DNA of 64,000 bases from Eledone cirrhosa (lineage: Eukaryota): contig OZ024756.1 of assembly GCA_964016885.1 (NCBI GenBank), forward strand, positions 6,882,001-6,946,000, given 5' to 3'. The notes under the pieces were generated by a model. That model saw only the letters and a program-made list of their open reading frames with translations. It had not been told where the DNA came from and searched no databases. Each line of letters starts with the position of its first letter. Positions within the stretch are counted from its first letter, which is position 1. Of the stretch, positions 42,649 through 56,498 are shown piece by piece. The position numbers were made by a program, and so were the translations under genes.

Positions 42649-43056
42649 CTGACTGTAAGAGTATATGTGTGTGTGTGTGAGTGTGTGTATCGCCAAAACA
42701 TTCTTCATTTTTCAGAAGGATTAAAAATGGAGATACGAAGAAAAGAAACAAATAAGGAGGAAGAGAGAGATATAGAGAGAGGAGGGGGAATCAGAGAGAG
42801 GTAGATAGATAGTCAGAGAGAGAGAGATAGAGAGTCATGGCGAGAGAGAGAGAAAGATAGATAGTGAGAGAGGCAGAGAATGAAAGAGAGTCATGGCGAG
42901 AGAGAGAAAGATATATAGTCAGAGAGAGAGAGTCAGAGAGAGGGAGAGAGATAGTCAGAGAGAGAGAGAGAGTCATAGCGAGAGAGAGGGAGTCCTGGCG
43001 AGAGAGAGAGAAAGATAGATAGTGAGAGAGGCAGAGAGAGAGAAAGAGAGAGAGAT

Positions 43057-43129
<73 letters not shown>

Positions 43130-43396
43130 TGAACTGAAATAAAGTGTAGTCCAGTTAGGATATGTGACAGAGTAGTTTTACGGCATGAGTTAAGAAGAGA
43201 TTAGAGAAGTCAACGTGACTAGAAAGGTTTTGTAATAAAATCTGATGTAGGCGACTAGGGATTTGTTGTTTCAGTAGTTTTTAGTGTCGACATAACCCCC
43301 GGATCTTATCAAATGATGTACACAACATCACTGCATCGATTTTATTACATTTACTCCCACATTTCAGCTACAAATAATCCACTACCTTCTTCTTGG

Positions 43397-43454
<58 letters not shown>

Positions 43455-43532
43455 ACAGGGAGAAAGAGACGATTATTAGGAAGAAAAATATATTTTTTTC
43501 CTTTTTTGTTTGTCTCTCTCTTTTTTTCTGGG

Positions 43533-43656
<124 letters not shown>

Positions 43657-43759
43657 GTTAGGTTTTTTTTTACAAAATAAAAAATAACCGAGGTGTCCTA
43701 CACGAGTGAAAGTATAAAGAAAAAAAGATGAAATCGAAAATATATATATTTATTTGGTT

Positions 43760-43797
43760 CCTTTACCGGTTTCGCAGTTCTTCTGCTTTTCAAAAGG
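43760..43797 (-). ncRNA. Minimal type I hammerhead, U3-A8 core variant
   Basis: cctt-TTGAAAA-gcag aagaa ctgc-GAAAC cg GTA-aagg, then AATAAA; lies inside a 43650-43830 element with short terminal inverted repeats. Confidence 0.7.
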
Positions 43798-43821
43798 TGA
43801 AAAAGGTAAAAAAAACCTAAC

Positions 43822-43867
<46 letters not shown>

Positions 43868-43870
<3 letters not shown>

Positions 43871-44170
43871 ATATAAGATCAAAAGATGGTTAAAAGAGTT
43901 CCAAGCATTTTATTATGCGCATTTCAAAAACAAATATCATCATGGGATGATATCTGCGTTCTCATCAGATAAAATAGTGATACATGATATGAAGCTTAAA
44001 AAACAATTGTGAATAGTGAAGTTTTAAATCAACATATGTTGATTAAAATATTGGAACTCTTTTAACCATCTTTTGATCTTATATTATTTATACTCCAGTC
44101 CTACAAACTGGAGAGTGCTACTTATCCGATATTTGCATTGCTTTATTGTGCTACAATAAAACTCACCTCC

Positions 44171-44175
<5 letters not shown>
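43868..44175. mobile_element. Fold-back family C element with hammerhead at 43907-43975 (minus)
   Basis: attttat-CTGATGA-gaacgcagatatcatc...gatatttgttttt-GAAA tgcgc ATA-ataaaat. Confidence 0.78.
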
Positions 44176-44257
<82 letters not shown>

Positions 44258-44596
44258 CATATATATATATATATATATATATAAATTACATATATATATA
44301 TATATCTTTCCTGTCATCCATTTGTTTGTGTTTTTTTTTATACATTATTAAATAAAGAACGAAAAATATAGTAATCCATATTATTAATATTATTATTGTT
44401 GCCGTTGTTCTTGCTGGAGTTATCATCATCATCAACATCACCGATAGTTGCTATTAGTGTTGTTGTTGTTGTAGTTGTTGTTGTAGTTATTGTTGTTGTA
44501 TATATTTTGCCTGCTTTATTTTTTCGAATGAAATTAGTTTTCCGCCATATTTGCCCTGCTGAGAAAACTGTTAACATCTTTCATCGTTTTTTGTAT

Positions 44597-44646
<50 letters not shown>

Positions 44647-44834
44647 CCTCTCTCTCTTTCTCTCTCTCTCCGTCACTCTCTATCTCCATCACTCTTACTC
44701 TCTCTCTTTCCTCCCCAACCTCCCCATCTCTCTTAATCTATCTCTCACTCTCTCTTCATTCCCTCCCATTATTCTTCCCATCTCTTTATCTCTTACTCTC
44801 TTTCTATTCTCTCTCCTCATTCTCCCTATCTCTT

Positions 44835-44929
<95 letters not shown>

Positions 44930-45192
44930 CTTTCCTTATTATCTCTCCATCCATGCTTTCACTCTTTCTCTTTCACTCACTCTCTCTATCACATTCTCTC
45001 TCTTTCTTCTTTCTCTTCCTCCTCTCACCCCTAACCCTCCCCATCTCATATATATATACATACATACATACATACATACATACATACATACAAGCATATA
45101 TACATACTCACATGCGCATACATACACACATGTACACATACACCTATATACACACATATATATACATACATACATGTATACACACACACACA

Positions 45193-45258
<66 letters not shown>

Positions 45259-46027
45259 CTGCAATAACAGAAGAACATACATCAAATACGTCTGTGAGTG
45301 TGCATGAGTGTGGGTATGTGTGTGAGTATGTGTATGTGTATATGTGTGTGTATGTGTGTGAGTATGTGTATATGTGTGTGTATGTGTGTGTATGTGTGTG
45401 TGATGTGTTTGTGTGTATGTATGTATGTGTGTGTTTATGTGTGTGTGTGTATGTGTGTGTGTGTATGTATGTATGTGTGTGTATGTGTGTGTGTATGTAT
45501 GTGTGTGTATGTGTATGTGCATGTGTGTGTGTGTGTTGTTTCGAAATATAATCCGTATCTGTTGTGCCCTCAGGCGGAACAATAACTGCTCTATCATTAT
45601 ATGTGACTTTTTTTAAATACTCAATTTAGACATACATACACATACACGCACATACATACATGCACATACATACATACATATACACATACACACACACATA
45701 CATACATACAAACACATACACACACATCTACATACATACACACACACATACATACATACATACACATACACACATACATACATACATACACATAAACACA
45801 CATACATACATACACACAGACATGCATACACACATACACACATACACACATACACATATACACATAGACACATACACACACACACATATATGCATATATA
45901 TACCTATATATACGCATATATATGAATGTATATATATAGATACATATAGATATATATATAGAGAGAGAGTGATACATATATATATATATACATACATACA
46001 CACAAACACACACACACACACACACAG

Positions 46028-46107
<80 letters not shown>

Positions 46108-46234
46108 CTCTGTGTGTGTTACATCAATATTGCCCGATTAAAAAAAAATGCCGAACATATATATGTGATGGAACGGGGCCGGTATACAACATAACAATAA
46201 CAAAAACTATAATAATAATAATAATAGTAATAAT

Positions 46235-46645
46235 GATTTCATTTATTAGCCACAAGGGCCGATGTGTAGGGGACAATACAAAGACAGGGACAGTGGGGGT
46301 TTACAATAAGGTCGAGTAAAAGTGCACAATGGCAAGACTAATTTAAAAATGAAAATATGAAAACATAAAATAAACTATGCATAAATATAACAAAATTAAT
46401 TCCCCGATAGGGGGTGGACCACCCTTGGGTGACTCGGGTACCCCACCAATCCTGAACCACCCTGCGCTTCTAGGGCACCCAGAGAGAGCACCCCTCTCCT
46501 CAAGTTAGCTAGCCTATAGGCGCATGGTCAGAGTAGGCCCATTCACACGAGCCATCTCCCCACATTCACCCACCTTTTAGCAAATGTACTGAGCAAATGT
46601 CCAGGTGAAACTTGAAGAAGTTGATGAGGGATTGTCCGAAAAGAA
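46235..46645 (-). mobile_element. 3' end of the Tx1-clade LINE (same family as 56222-60172)
   Basis: Near-identical to 56222-56659 apart from a small internal deletion; (TTA)n tail. Confidence 0.9.
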
Positions 46646-47400
46646 TGAAGACGGAATTCAGAGATCAACAGACGAAAACGGAATTTAGAGATCCACAGAC
46701 ATGGAACTGGTTGAGAAGAGGAGACCCTAAAAAGGCTACAGAAGGAATGCTAATGGCTGCGCAAGAGCAGGCCCTCAAAACGAAGTGGCTGAAACACCAT
46801 ATTTACAAGGAGGAGGCTAGCCCACTGTGCAGGATCTGTGGAGAGAGAGAGGAGACTGTGGCTCACATTGTATCCGAGTGTAAACACCTAGCCCAGACTC
46901 ACTATTAGGGCTGGAGACATGATGTGATGGGCAGGGTGATCCACTGGCATCTATGCAAAGTAAACAATTTACCACATTCTGAGAAGTGGTATGAGCATAA
47001 GCCAGAGCCGGTGATAGAAAACGATCAGGTGAACGTGCTGTGGGATTTTAGGTTACAGACGGACAAGAAACTGGAACACAATAGACCTGACCTGGTGGTT
47101 TTGGACAAGGAAAAAAGATCGTGCCTGATTGTGGATGTGGCCTGCCCATTCGACACGAGAGTGCAAGAGAAGGAGAGGGAGAAAATTAATCGATACCAGG
47201 ACTTAAAGTGGGAGGTAAAAAGGATTTGGAACTGCCATGAAATCAAGGTCGTCCCGATTGTCATAGGCGCACTAGGTACTATCTCAAAAAGTTTCCAGGG
47301 ATGGTTAAAGAAAATTGGCCCCGCCCCGCTTTTTGGAACACTTCAAAAGGCATGCTTGCTGGGAACAGCAAGAACCCTCCGATACGTCCTGAATATCTGA
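46646..47400 (+). pseudogene. R4/Dong-type non-LTR retrotransposon C-terminus (CCHC + restriction-like endonuclease)
   Basis: TEGMLMAAQEQAL, CRICGEREETVAHIVSEC, RHD, LWDF, NRPDLVV...IVDVACP, EK..RY.DL, PIVIGALG; one in-frame TAG at 46906-46908; 3' UTR then (AAT)n at ~47478-47527. Confidence 0.88.
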
Positions 47401-47526
47401 GGCTGCAGGTAGTGGCTTGATATTCATTTCAACAAACTTTCCAGTTAACTAACATCAATGACTGAAACTCAAAGAACAATAATAATAATAAAAATAACAC
47501 AATGATAATAATAGTAATAATAATAA

Positions 47527-47941
47527 TTGTTTCTACTTTTGGCACAAGGCCAGCAGTTACCCAGTACATTACTGGTACTTTATTTTATCGACCCCGTAAG
47601 GATAAAAGGCAAAGTTAAGCTCGGCGGGATTTAAACTAAGACCATAAAGGGCCGTAACTCTTTGCTGCAAAGCATGGCGTCCGACCTTCTACCGATACTA
47701 CCAATCCACCATAGGCACAAGGCCAGCAATTTTGGAGGAGGGGAAAGTGGATTAAATCGGCCCCAGTGCATGACTGGTACTTTATTTATCGACCCCGTAA
47801 GGATGAAAGGCAAAGTTAACCCCGTAAGGATGAAAAGCAAAGTTAACCTCGGCGAGAATTGATATCAGATTGGCATGGGCCGTAACTCTATGCGTCAAAG
47901 CATGGCGTCCGACTCTCTACCGATACTGCCAATCTACCCCC
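47527..47941 (-). mobile_element. Two tandem SINE family 1 copies
   Basis: 47527-47711 and 47712-47941; the second has an internal duplication of cccgtaaggatgaaa.gcaaagttaac. Confidence 0.85.
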
Positions 47942-47947
47942 TTAATA

Positions 47948-48018
<71 letters not shown>

Positions 48019-48339
48019 CCTTATATTTGCCAGAGGGGCATCGTAAGAAGGAAACATTTCAACATTACAACATTTAGGTGGAGGTTCACATAGAAACGAG
48101 GGAAAAACGTCTGGGTAAGATATATATATAGAAATTAGTTGTAAATACTACTAATATTAATATAGATAGGTATTGCAGTCTAAAGGAGAGAAAATGGATA
48201 GAAGCTAGTGTGGAGATAAAAGTTGTATGTTGGATGGTATATTATCTAACATCTGTTCAGATTGAATTTACCATCAGCTTCTTTCCCAAACTAGAATATA
48301 TCACACAGCAACCTTTCATTTTTACTTTCTATTTCACTG

Positions 48340-48388
<49 letters not shown>

Positions 48389-48400
48389 GTCTATATATAT

Positions 48401-48505
48401 TTTGTTATTGCCTCCTCCTTATTGAGGGCGCCTTGTTATGTAAACTCCCCCCCGTTGTACTTGTCCCACTTTTGATGCCCTGGTGGCAAATAAAAAGAAA
48501 ATTAT
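48401..48505 (+). mobile_element. Short 3' end of a related Tx1-like LINE within (ATCT)n
   Basis: ttgtcccac...gccctggtggcaaataaaaagaaatt resembles the 3' end of the 56222 element (ttgtcccc...gcccttgtggctaataaatgaaatc). Confidence 0.45.
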
Positions 48506-48562
48506 CCATCTATCTATGTATCTATCTATCTATCTATCTATATCTATCTATCTATCTATATA

Positions 48563-48651
<89 letters not shown>

Positions 48652-48911
48652 CTATCTATCTATCTATCTATCTACATCTCTCTATCTATCTCTCTGCCTA
48701 TCTATCTTTCTTACACACAATCTTCCCATCAATCTCTCAGAAACACTACTCTGTCTCTCTCTTTGCCAATATCTGTCTGTGTTTCTCACTCTCTATCACT
48801 CCCACTCTCTCTCGCACACACATACACACACAGACAGACACAATATACATATAGATATATATATATAGACATATATATATATATATAGACATATGTATAT
48901 ATATATATATA

Positions 48912-49094
<183 letters not shown>

Positions 49095-49101
49095 TATGTA
49101 T

Positions 49102-49169
<68 letters not shown>

Positions 49170-49434
49170 TATGTATATATATACATGTCGATCCATATCA
49201 CAGCAACGATACTTGCTGTAGGATTTATATTTTAATCTCTTTTCTAATTCTGGTTGCGCTTCTATTTTTTTTCGGCGAGGGTCATGTCTATATATAGATG
49301 TGTATGTGTGTGTGTGTGTAAGAGTGTGAATGTGTGTGTGTTTGTGTGTGAGTGTGTGCGTTTGTGTGTTTGAGTGTGAATGAGTGTGTGTATGTGTGAA
49401 AATGGGGAAACCGGCCTATATATATATATATATA

Positions 49435-49506
<72 letters not shown>

Positions 49507-49716
49507 CACACATATATATATATATCACAATATATATATATATATCACACATATATATATATCACAATATATATATATATCACATAAATCACAATATATA
49601 TATATAACACATATATATATATATATCACAATATATATATATCACATATATATATATATATATCAGAATATATATATATCACACACATATGTATATATCA
49701 CAATATATATATATAT

Positions 49717-49765
<49 letters not shown>

Positions 49766-50040
49766 ATATCACACACACATATATATATATATCACAATCT
49801 GTGAACAAAACAATCGTTTATTACATGTTTCCAGCGTTCTACTTTTTCCTATGTTTTTTATCTGTTATTTTTTTCTGGTTTTTTTTTCAGTTTTTTAATA
49901 TGATTTTTATGTTTTTTCTACATTCCTTTACCATGTTTTTCAATCTGAAGAAGGAAAAGTCTCCGAAAAGTCGATATTTCGGTGTCAATCTAAAACACCT
50001 TGTCACAGAGTTGTTGTCTATATCAATATTATATTACGTT

Positions 50041-50221
50041 GATTGGCAGTATCGGTAGAGGATCAGACGCCTTGCTTTGATGCATAGTTACGGCCCTTGC
50101 CATTCTGAGTTCAAATCCCGCCGAGGTTAACTTTGCCTTTCAACCTTACGGGGTCGATAAAATAAAGTACCAGTAATGTTCTGGGATAATTGCTGGCCTT
50201 GTGCCAAACGTAGAAACAATT
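50041..50221 (+). mobile_element. SINE family 1
   Basis: Matches 41110-41299. Confidence 0.85.
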
Positions 50222-51079
50222 ATATTACTTCAATACAGATCTCTTTTACATGTGACCTCGTTTGAAACTGTCTTTTATCCGTACCAATCTTTTCACTAGA
50301 TTGTCATCTCAAACATGTGTGTATGTGCCTCTGTATGTGTGTGCATGTGTGTGTGTACGTGTGTATGTGTGCTTGTGCGCGTGTGTGTGTGCCTGTGCGC
50401 GTGTATGTGTGTGTGTCTGTGTATGTTTCTGTGCGTGTGTGTGTATGCGTGTGGTTACATGTGTGTGTGTGTGTGTGCGCGCCTGTGTATGTGTCTGTGT
50501 GTGTGTGCGCGCCTGTGTATGTGCGTGTGTATGTATGTATGTGTGTGTGAACGTGTGTTCGTGTGCCTATGCGTGTCTGTGTGCCTGTGTATGTTTGTGA
50601 ACGTGTGTGTGTATGTTTGTGTGTGTATGTCTGTGTCTGTGTGTGTGTCTCCATGTGTATGTTTGCGTGTGTGTCTGTGTGTGTCCGTGTGTGTGACTGT
50701 GTGTGTGTGTGTTTGCGTGTGTGTTTGTGTGTGTCCGTGTGTGTGTGTGCGTGTCTGTGTGTGTGTATGTGTGTGTCTGTATGTGTGTATGTTTACGTGT
50801 GTGTATGTGTGTGTCCGTGTGTGTGTCCGTGTGTCCGTGTGTGTGTATGTCCGTGTGTGTGTGTGTGTCCGTGTGTCCGTGTGTGTGTGTCTGTCTTATC
50901 ATATATAGTAACATACGAGCCACCTTTTAATCCCCTACATCATCAGCTCTGTCATCAACAGGAACAGATTTTGATAAACCAATGGGAGACATATTTCGTC
51001 TGTGTGTTTACTCGACTTGCTAGATATAGTAACTAAATGTCCATCAAACCACACTCTCACACCATTAATACATATATAT

Positions 51080-51266
51080 AGGGTGGTGAATTGGCAGTAA
51101 CGATAGAGGGTTGGATGCCATGCTTTCTAGCATAGTTACATCCCTTTACAGTCTGAGTTCAAATCCCACCGAGGTTAACTTTGCCTTTCATCCTTACGGG
51201 GTCAATAAAATAAAGTACCAGTAATGTACTGGTAATTGCTGGCCTTGTACCTAATGTAGAAGCAAT
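51080..51266 (+). mobile_element. SINE family 1
   Basis: Matches 41110-41299. Confidence 0.85.
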
Positions 51267-51539
51267 TAATATATATATATAGGTGCGGGTTTAATTTTAC
51301 AATCATATTTTATTTGTTTGACACGAATTACTTGGTCGTTTCTATGGCTGTGCGGATAATGGTTTAACCATCGTCTCAGTGTGTTTGGCCTTTTAATTTA
51401 TGTTGTAACTCTAGTTCATTAGCTTCTATCGAGCGCTTGCCACACATCTCGGAAGTTGCTTTTCGCTAATTTACAATAGCCGAAATACGATTCTCGCTAA
51501 TTTATATTTGTATATATATATATAAATGAAATATGTATA

Positions 51540-51581
<42 letters not shown>

Positions 51582-51588
51582 GTATATG

Positions 51589-51641
<53 letters not shown>

Positions 51642-51654
51642 GAAATATGTATAT

Positions 51655-51688
<34 letters not shown>

Positions 51689-51704
51689 GAAATATGTATA
51701 TGCT

Positions 51705-51756
<52 letters not shown>

Positions 51757-51762
51757 AATAAT

Positions 51763-51806
<44 letters not shown>

Positions 51807-51813
<7 letters not shown>

Positions 51814-52827
51814 CGTAAAATAAAAAAATTATAAAATTAACTTACTAAAATTTCACTCCAACTAATTAGTTTCTGAACGGGAATAAACATAGTTTCCGAA
51901 GAAACGTACGGAGAAGCCTTTCATCATCAGGGAAGTCTATTCTCAGCTAAGTTTCCAGGCAATATGTGGACACAGGGAACTTATACAAAAATAATTCAGT
52001 GGATGGAAAAAAGCAAAGCGTGGACTAAATTCCAAGCAATTGAAAAAATCACTGCCTACTGCGTCGGTGGCAAATTCAAAAGAATCAGTCACGTGACATC
52101 GAGGTCAATCAGTGAAGGGTGGTTTGTTAAGAAGACAGCAGCCGGACCGCTACTATAGTAGCAGTTTTGGCCAATTTTTGCTCGACAAAATAATTTGAAG
52201 ATAATTATAAAGAATTAATATATCTAGTAACATATATATACACAGATGCATACTTATGCTAGCAAATATATAGGTTTTGTCTTAGTAACTTTGAGGTTCA
52301 ATGCATGGGGATGCAGAACAATAATATGAGAGACGTAAAATAAGAAAATTATAAAATTAACTTACTTACTAAAATTTCACTCCAACTAATTAGTTTCTTC
52401 ACTGATTGACCTCGATGTCACGTGACTGATTCTTTTGAATTTGCCACCGACGCAGTATGCAGTGATTTTTTTCAATGGCTTGGAATTTAGTCCACGCTTT
52501 GTTTTTTTTCCATCCACTGAATTATTTTTGTATAAGTTCCCTGTGTCCACGTATTGCCTGGAAACTTAGCTGAGAATAGACTTGCCTGATGACGAAAGGC
52601 TTCTCCGTACGTTTCTTCGGAAACTATGTTTATTCCCTTTCAGAAACTAATTAGTTGGAGTGAAATTTTAGTAAGTAAGGTAATTTTATAATTTTCTTAT
52701 TTTACGTCTATCATATTATTGTTCTGCATCCCCATGCATTGAACCACAAAGTTACTAAGACAAAACCTATATATTTGCTAGCATAAGTATGCATATATGT
52801 ATATATATGTTACTAGATATATTAATT

Positions 52828-52832
<5 letters not shown>
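51807..52832. mobile_element. 520-nt tandem unit plus inverted arm with hammerhead-like core
   Basis: tgagagacgtaaaataa at 51807 and 52327; 52397-52832 is inverted. CTGATGA-cgaa...ttcg-GAAAC tat GTT at 52586-52630, with no stem I evident. Confidence 0.7.
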
Positions 52833-52895
<63 letters not shown>

Positions 52896-52939
52896 AAGTT
52901 AAATGAAAGTCAAATGATTAAAATTTAGCTTCGTTTATT

Positions 52940-52994
52940 ACTGCTATATATATTTCAGTGACAGCCATCTTTGGCTGTGACCTCTTCAGGCAGT
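52940..52994 (-). ncRNA. Type I hammerhead ribozyme
   Basis: actgc-CTGAAGA-ggtcacagcca aaga tggctgtcact-GAAA tatat ATA-gcagt, followed at once by AATAAA and, ~45 nt on, (TA)n. Confidence 0.85.
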
Positions 52995-53505
52995 TTGAAT
53001 TAGTATGGTATAGACAAGTACATATGTTGTTTAGGTGTATGATATTGTCAATACTCTGATATGCCCAGTTCCTTGTTGGGTTGTTAATTCACTGGGGAAC
53101 TGGAGTCATATGAATTCAAACAAACGAATTTTCGTGTCACAGGTCCCCTTCTCCTCTCATTGGTCAGTTATTAGAACATTCTTCATTCTAAGTGTTGTTA
53201 TTGTTGGAGTTAGCTTAAAAATTGATAAAATGGTAGAAAGGACAAGGTGTTGAAGGAACAAAATATCAAAAAATGTGTCAAACTTCCCATTGTTCAGTTC
53301 TGAGAGCATTCCTCAGTCAGAAGTCTATAGAATTCTTTCTGGGGTGAGGCTCCCTGTAGTGTTTTTGCCTGCTATTGTTCAGTACATTTGACCTCCACCA
53401 TTATTTTGGTAGTGTTGTTGTTGTAGTGGTCAGCTTATATCTTGCTGCTGCTAACAATTTAGAAGTATACTGGGGTGTTGGTATACAACCAACATAAACT
53501 CAAAA

Positions 53506-53542
<37 letters not shown>

Positions 53543-54129
53543 AGTTGACGGAACTAGCATGGGTTTCACTGCTAGTACCTGTTACACCTCAGTGTACTCA
53601 ATAGGTAATATTAAATAAATTCCCAGAGTATACACATAGTTATTCGCTTCCATTCAACACACGTAAATGGGTACACCATAAATAAATCTATACCCGTACT
53701 CGAGTTTGGGTCACTCCTTATGCAGCAATGGAGTGCACACCATCAACTGTCTGCGTTTTTTATGCAATATTGCACAATCGACGAGTATGTCTTCATCAGT
53801 GGGTCTCGTCTAATCAATAACCAATCGATCGACAGAATTCGATTCCAGCCTGTGCCGTCTACGGATAAATAACTGTTCCAAACAGGTCACTAAGAAAAGG
53901 GATATATATTGAGGTTGTAAGGGAATCATTCTGTCATTACCATAACTGAAGCCCGGTGGGCTTTTGACTCCAGAGTCAGGCCCGCTCGATACAGATTGAA
54001 CCTTGAGCAGATCAATCGCGAAACGCGCGTCCCATCTCAATGAATGTTATGAAAATTCAACACCTCGCCCATATTATTATTAATACTATTATTATTACAA
54101 TATATATATATATGTGTATATATATATAC

Positions 54130-54480
54130 AAAAGTTTTATTTAAAATTGTTGGGTTACAACAAGTAAATATTTTATAACTGATATAAAGCACTCGACAAG
54201 TTTTTGGAGTAGATATACGATATTAAACAAATGGAAACTATATTTATAAAACCATATTTATTTCATTATACATATTTCAGGGACACCATATTAAAAATAT
54301 GGCATGCCTTCGTCAGATAAAATACAATATATAAACAGTTTTATAAATAATTTTGACGTACCCTATTATAAGCGACCATTATATTTGGAAGGCATGCCAT
54401 ATTTTTAATATGGTATCCCTGAAATATGTATAATGAAATAAATATGGTTTTATAAATATAGTTTCCATTTGTTTAATATC

Positions 54481-54483
<3 letters not shown>
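54130..54483. mobile_element. Fold-back family B element with hammerhead at 54259-54324 (minus)
   Basis: tattttat-CTGACGA-aggcatgccatattt ttaatatggtgtccct-GAAA tatgt ATA-atgaaata; inverted arm at 54389-54483. Confidence 0.8.
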
Positions 54484-54534
<51 letters not shown>

Positions 54535-54739
54535 AACGTTAAGACAGAAGTAACATAATCATATTTATTAATATTCGTATTTCTGTGGCACCGTCATGGA
54601 TCTGTTGTGCAATCGTTGCATCAACGTCCTGCACCAGTATGACGGCATCAGACGTTAACACAGACACCTACACCACACAACACCTACCTACATAGATGCA
54701 CACATGTATACATCCATACATATGCACACACACACACGC

Positions 54740-54775
<36 letters not shown>

Positions 54776-54785
54776 TTGTGTGTGT

Positions 54786-54897
<112 letters not shown>

Positions 54898-55310
54898 TAA
54901 TGCAGTGCTACATACGCCCAGACTTCTGGAATGCCTTTGATCAAAAAGTCTGTTGACTTGAACGTTGAACTGTAACTATATAAAAACAACAATAACAACA
55001 ACAACAACAACAGCATCAACATCAAAACCATCAACATCAACATCAACAACATCAACAACAACAACAGTGTCTATGGCAACTAAGTACATGGCCACCAACA
55101 ATAACAACAATACTATTAACCTTTGATGGCATCGAATTGGCAGAGTGTTAAAAACGTCGGATAGAATGCTTTGGAATATTCCTTCTGGGTCTCTGTGCTC
55201 CGAGTTCCCAACCCCGCCAATGTCAACTTTGCCTTCCATTCTTTCGCGGTCGATACAAAAATTACCAGATAAGTACCGGGGTTGATTCTTCCTCTATATC
55301 TTTTTCTCAC

Positions 55311-55433
<123 letters not shown>

Positions 55434-55987
55434 GCTCTTTCTTTCTCTAGAAGAAATACGCTCTGTTCAGACCTGCAGACTTGATGGGCTTAAATAGTGT
55501 TTAAAAAAAAGCTCAAGAGTTGTGGTTTCAGACACCCCTACATTTCCTTTGAGACTACTACCGTATCTTTCAGCCGCCATTTCTGTTTCAAATCTCCCCT
55601 TACATTCGCTATGGCGTCATTAAAATTACTATTAACAGTTAATTTATCAAGAAGTTTCTATGTTATTAGATGTTTTAACTCAATAAATTCCTTGTCTCAC
55701 CCAGACTAATGCTATCGTCTTTACTAATTGAGGTAAGTTGATCCTTTCCTGTCTGTTTAGCAGATCTCCTTTCAATTTACTTCCATACAGTTTCACAACT
55801 TTCCTTTCACTTTCCTTCATTTTCTTTTCGCTGTGTAAAGTTAAATTCTGTGTAGTGGACATCATAGCTCCAGCTTTTTGTTTCGTCGTTAACTTGGTCT
55901 GCAGGTCCATCACACATGAATTGGGTGACAGTCCTTTTAATTATGAGTTTCTTTTGAAAAAAGCAAATAATAATAATAATAATAATA

Positions 55988-56203
55988 ATTGTTTCTGATT
56001 TAGGCACAAGGCCATCAATTTTGGGGTTGGGGAAAATCGATTAAATCGACTCCAGTGCGTGACTGGTACTTTATTTTATCGACCCCGTAAGGATGAAAAG
56101 CAAAGTTATCCTCGGCGGGATTTGAACTTAGATCATAAAGGGCTGTAACTCTATGCTGCAAAGCATGGTGTCCGACTCTACCGATATTGCCAATCCACTA
56201 CCT
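55988..56203 (-). mobile_element. SINE family 1, full length
   Basis: A/B boxes, core and (ATT)n tail. Confidence 0.85.
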
Positions 56204-56498
56204 ATCCATAATAATAATAATGATTTCATTTATTAGCCACAAGGGCCGACATGTAGGGGACAATACAAAGACAGGGACAGTGGGGGTTTACAATAAGGTC
56301 GAATAAAAGTGCACAATGGCAAAACTAATTTAACAATGAAAATATAAAAATATAAAATAAACTATGCAAAATATAACAAAATAAATTCCCCGATAGGGGG
56401 TGGACGACCCTGGGGTGATTCGGGTACCCCACCAATCCTGAACCACCCTGCGCTTCTAGGGCACCCAGGAGAGCACCCCTCTCCTCAAGTTAGCTAGC

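Noticed and set aside
49946-49990. CTGAAGA...GAAA hammerhead-like string
   Set aside because: Stems I and III could not be formed convincingly.
55500-55960. Possible decayed coding sequence on the minus strand
   Set aside because: Multiple stops and no recognisable motif.
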